A stretch of 64,000 nt of DNA from Narcine bancroftii. Lineage: Eukaryota. Of the stretch, positions 63,335-64,000 are shown piece by piece. The DNA lies in NCBI RefSeq assembly GCF_036971445.1, contig NC_091474.1, positions 127,038,001 to 127,102,000 of the forward strand, read 5' to 3'. The notes beneath the pieces are model-generated. The model saw nothing but the letters and a program-made list of their open reading frames with translations. It did not search any database and had not been told where the DNA came from. The position numbers were made by a program, and so were the translations under genes. The first letter of the stretch is position 1. Every line of letters begins with the position of its first letter.

Positions 63335-63700
63335 TGACACATTCACACTGGCACTTCGTCCAGTAACTAACTGCCAATATACCGGTTAACGTGCAAGCAA
63401 GAGCGCTTGCGAATCAGCACGCAGGTGTCAGATATACTCAGGGATGGACCACCTAGTTAGGGTGTATCTTCCCTGGAGTGATCTGTCACCTGCGTGCTGG
63501 TTAGCCCAGTGTGAAAGGGACAGGGGTATCCTGGGATCAATTAGAGAGGATACGCACCCCTCTCCCCTGGGATGCCTGGTGGTGAGTGTGAAAGGACACA
63601 GAAAACCAGTTAACAGTGATCCAGTGTGAACGACAAAAACGGCTTCTTTAACCGGTTTGTTGAACAGCCAATTTACTGGTTAGCCATTGTGAAAAGGGCT
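63335..63700. mobile_element. Possible MITE (Harbinger-like ends)
   Basis: Degenerate termini ttcacactgg and attgtgaaaagggct, with internal repeated gtgtgaaagg. Confidence 0.4.
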
Positions 63701-64000
63701 ATAGATAATGGTCATCTATCACTATGTATCTATTATTATATTTTGATTGTACATTTATTTTTCTTGTCTTTTCTACTGTTTAATCCATAAAATAACCTCA
63801 TCATAAATAGGTTAACAATTAGGTGAAAATAGCATAGTCAGTATTAGTCAGTAACATTACTGATCTAAAACACCAACCAACCATTTTTGCCCATGGATGC
63901 TGCCTGGCCCACTGAGTTCCTCCAGCATCTCATTGTTTGCTCAAGATTCCAGTATTGAGAGATTTCAAGTTTTTTTATAGCTATGAGAATGTTTGTATTG

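Overview
This is eukaryotic (vertebrate) genomic DNA. The repeat landscape (V-SINE-like SINEs, CR1, Rex1/Babar, Penelope and RTE elements) suggests a cartilaginous fish, probably a ray; that assignment is inference. Three spliced genes were reconstructed by reading GT-AG boundaries and codon phases. LATS1 (minus) contributes its first coding exon (2510-2866) and a CpG-island promoter at about 5.0-5.5 kb, and the rest of the gene runs off the left edge. NUP43 (minus) is complete: 8 coding exons, 27775->10240, 368 aa. SHPRH (plus) contributes its 5' half, 10 coding exons from 35348 to 61813, covering the SNF2 ATPase motifs, H15 and PHD domains. NUP43 and SHPRH diverge from a CpG/ETS-motif region at about 27.7-28.1 kb, whereas in human NUP43 is head-to-head with PCMT1. 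Introns and intergenic DNA are dense with nested transposons: young RTE and L1-like LINEs, a Gypsy fragment, solo LTRs with target-site duplications, pogo/Tigger elements and MITEs, and Penelope relics carrying hammerhead-ribozyme-like motifs. I found no convincing new multi-gene system. The best leads are the gene-order rearrangement, the hammerhead-like Penelope termini and the very young RTE family. Family names and human comparisons are from memory, not from database searches.
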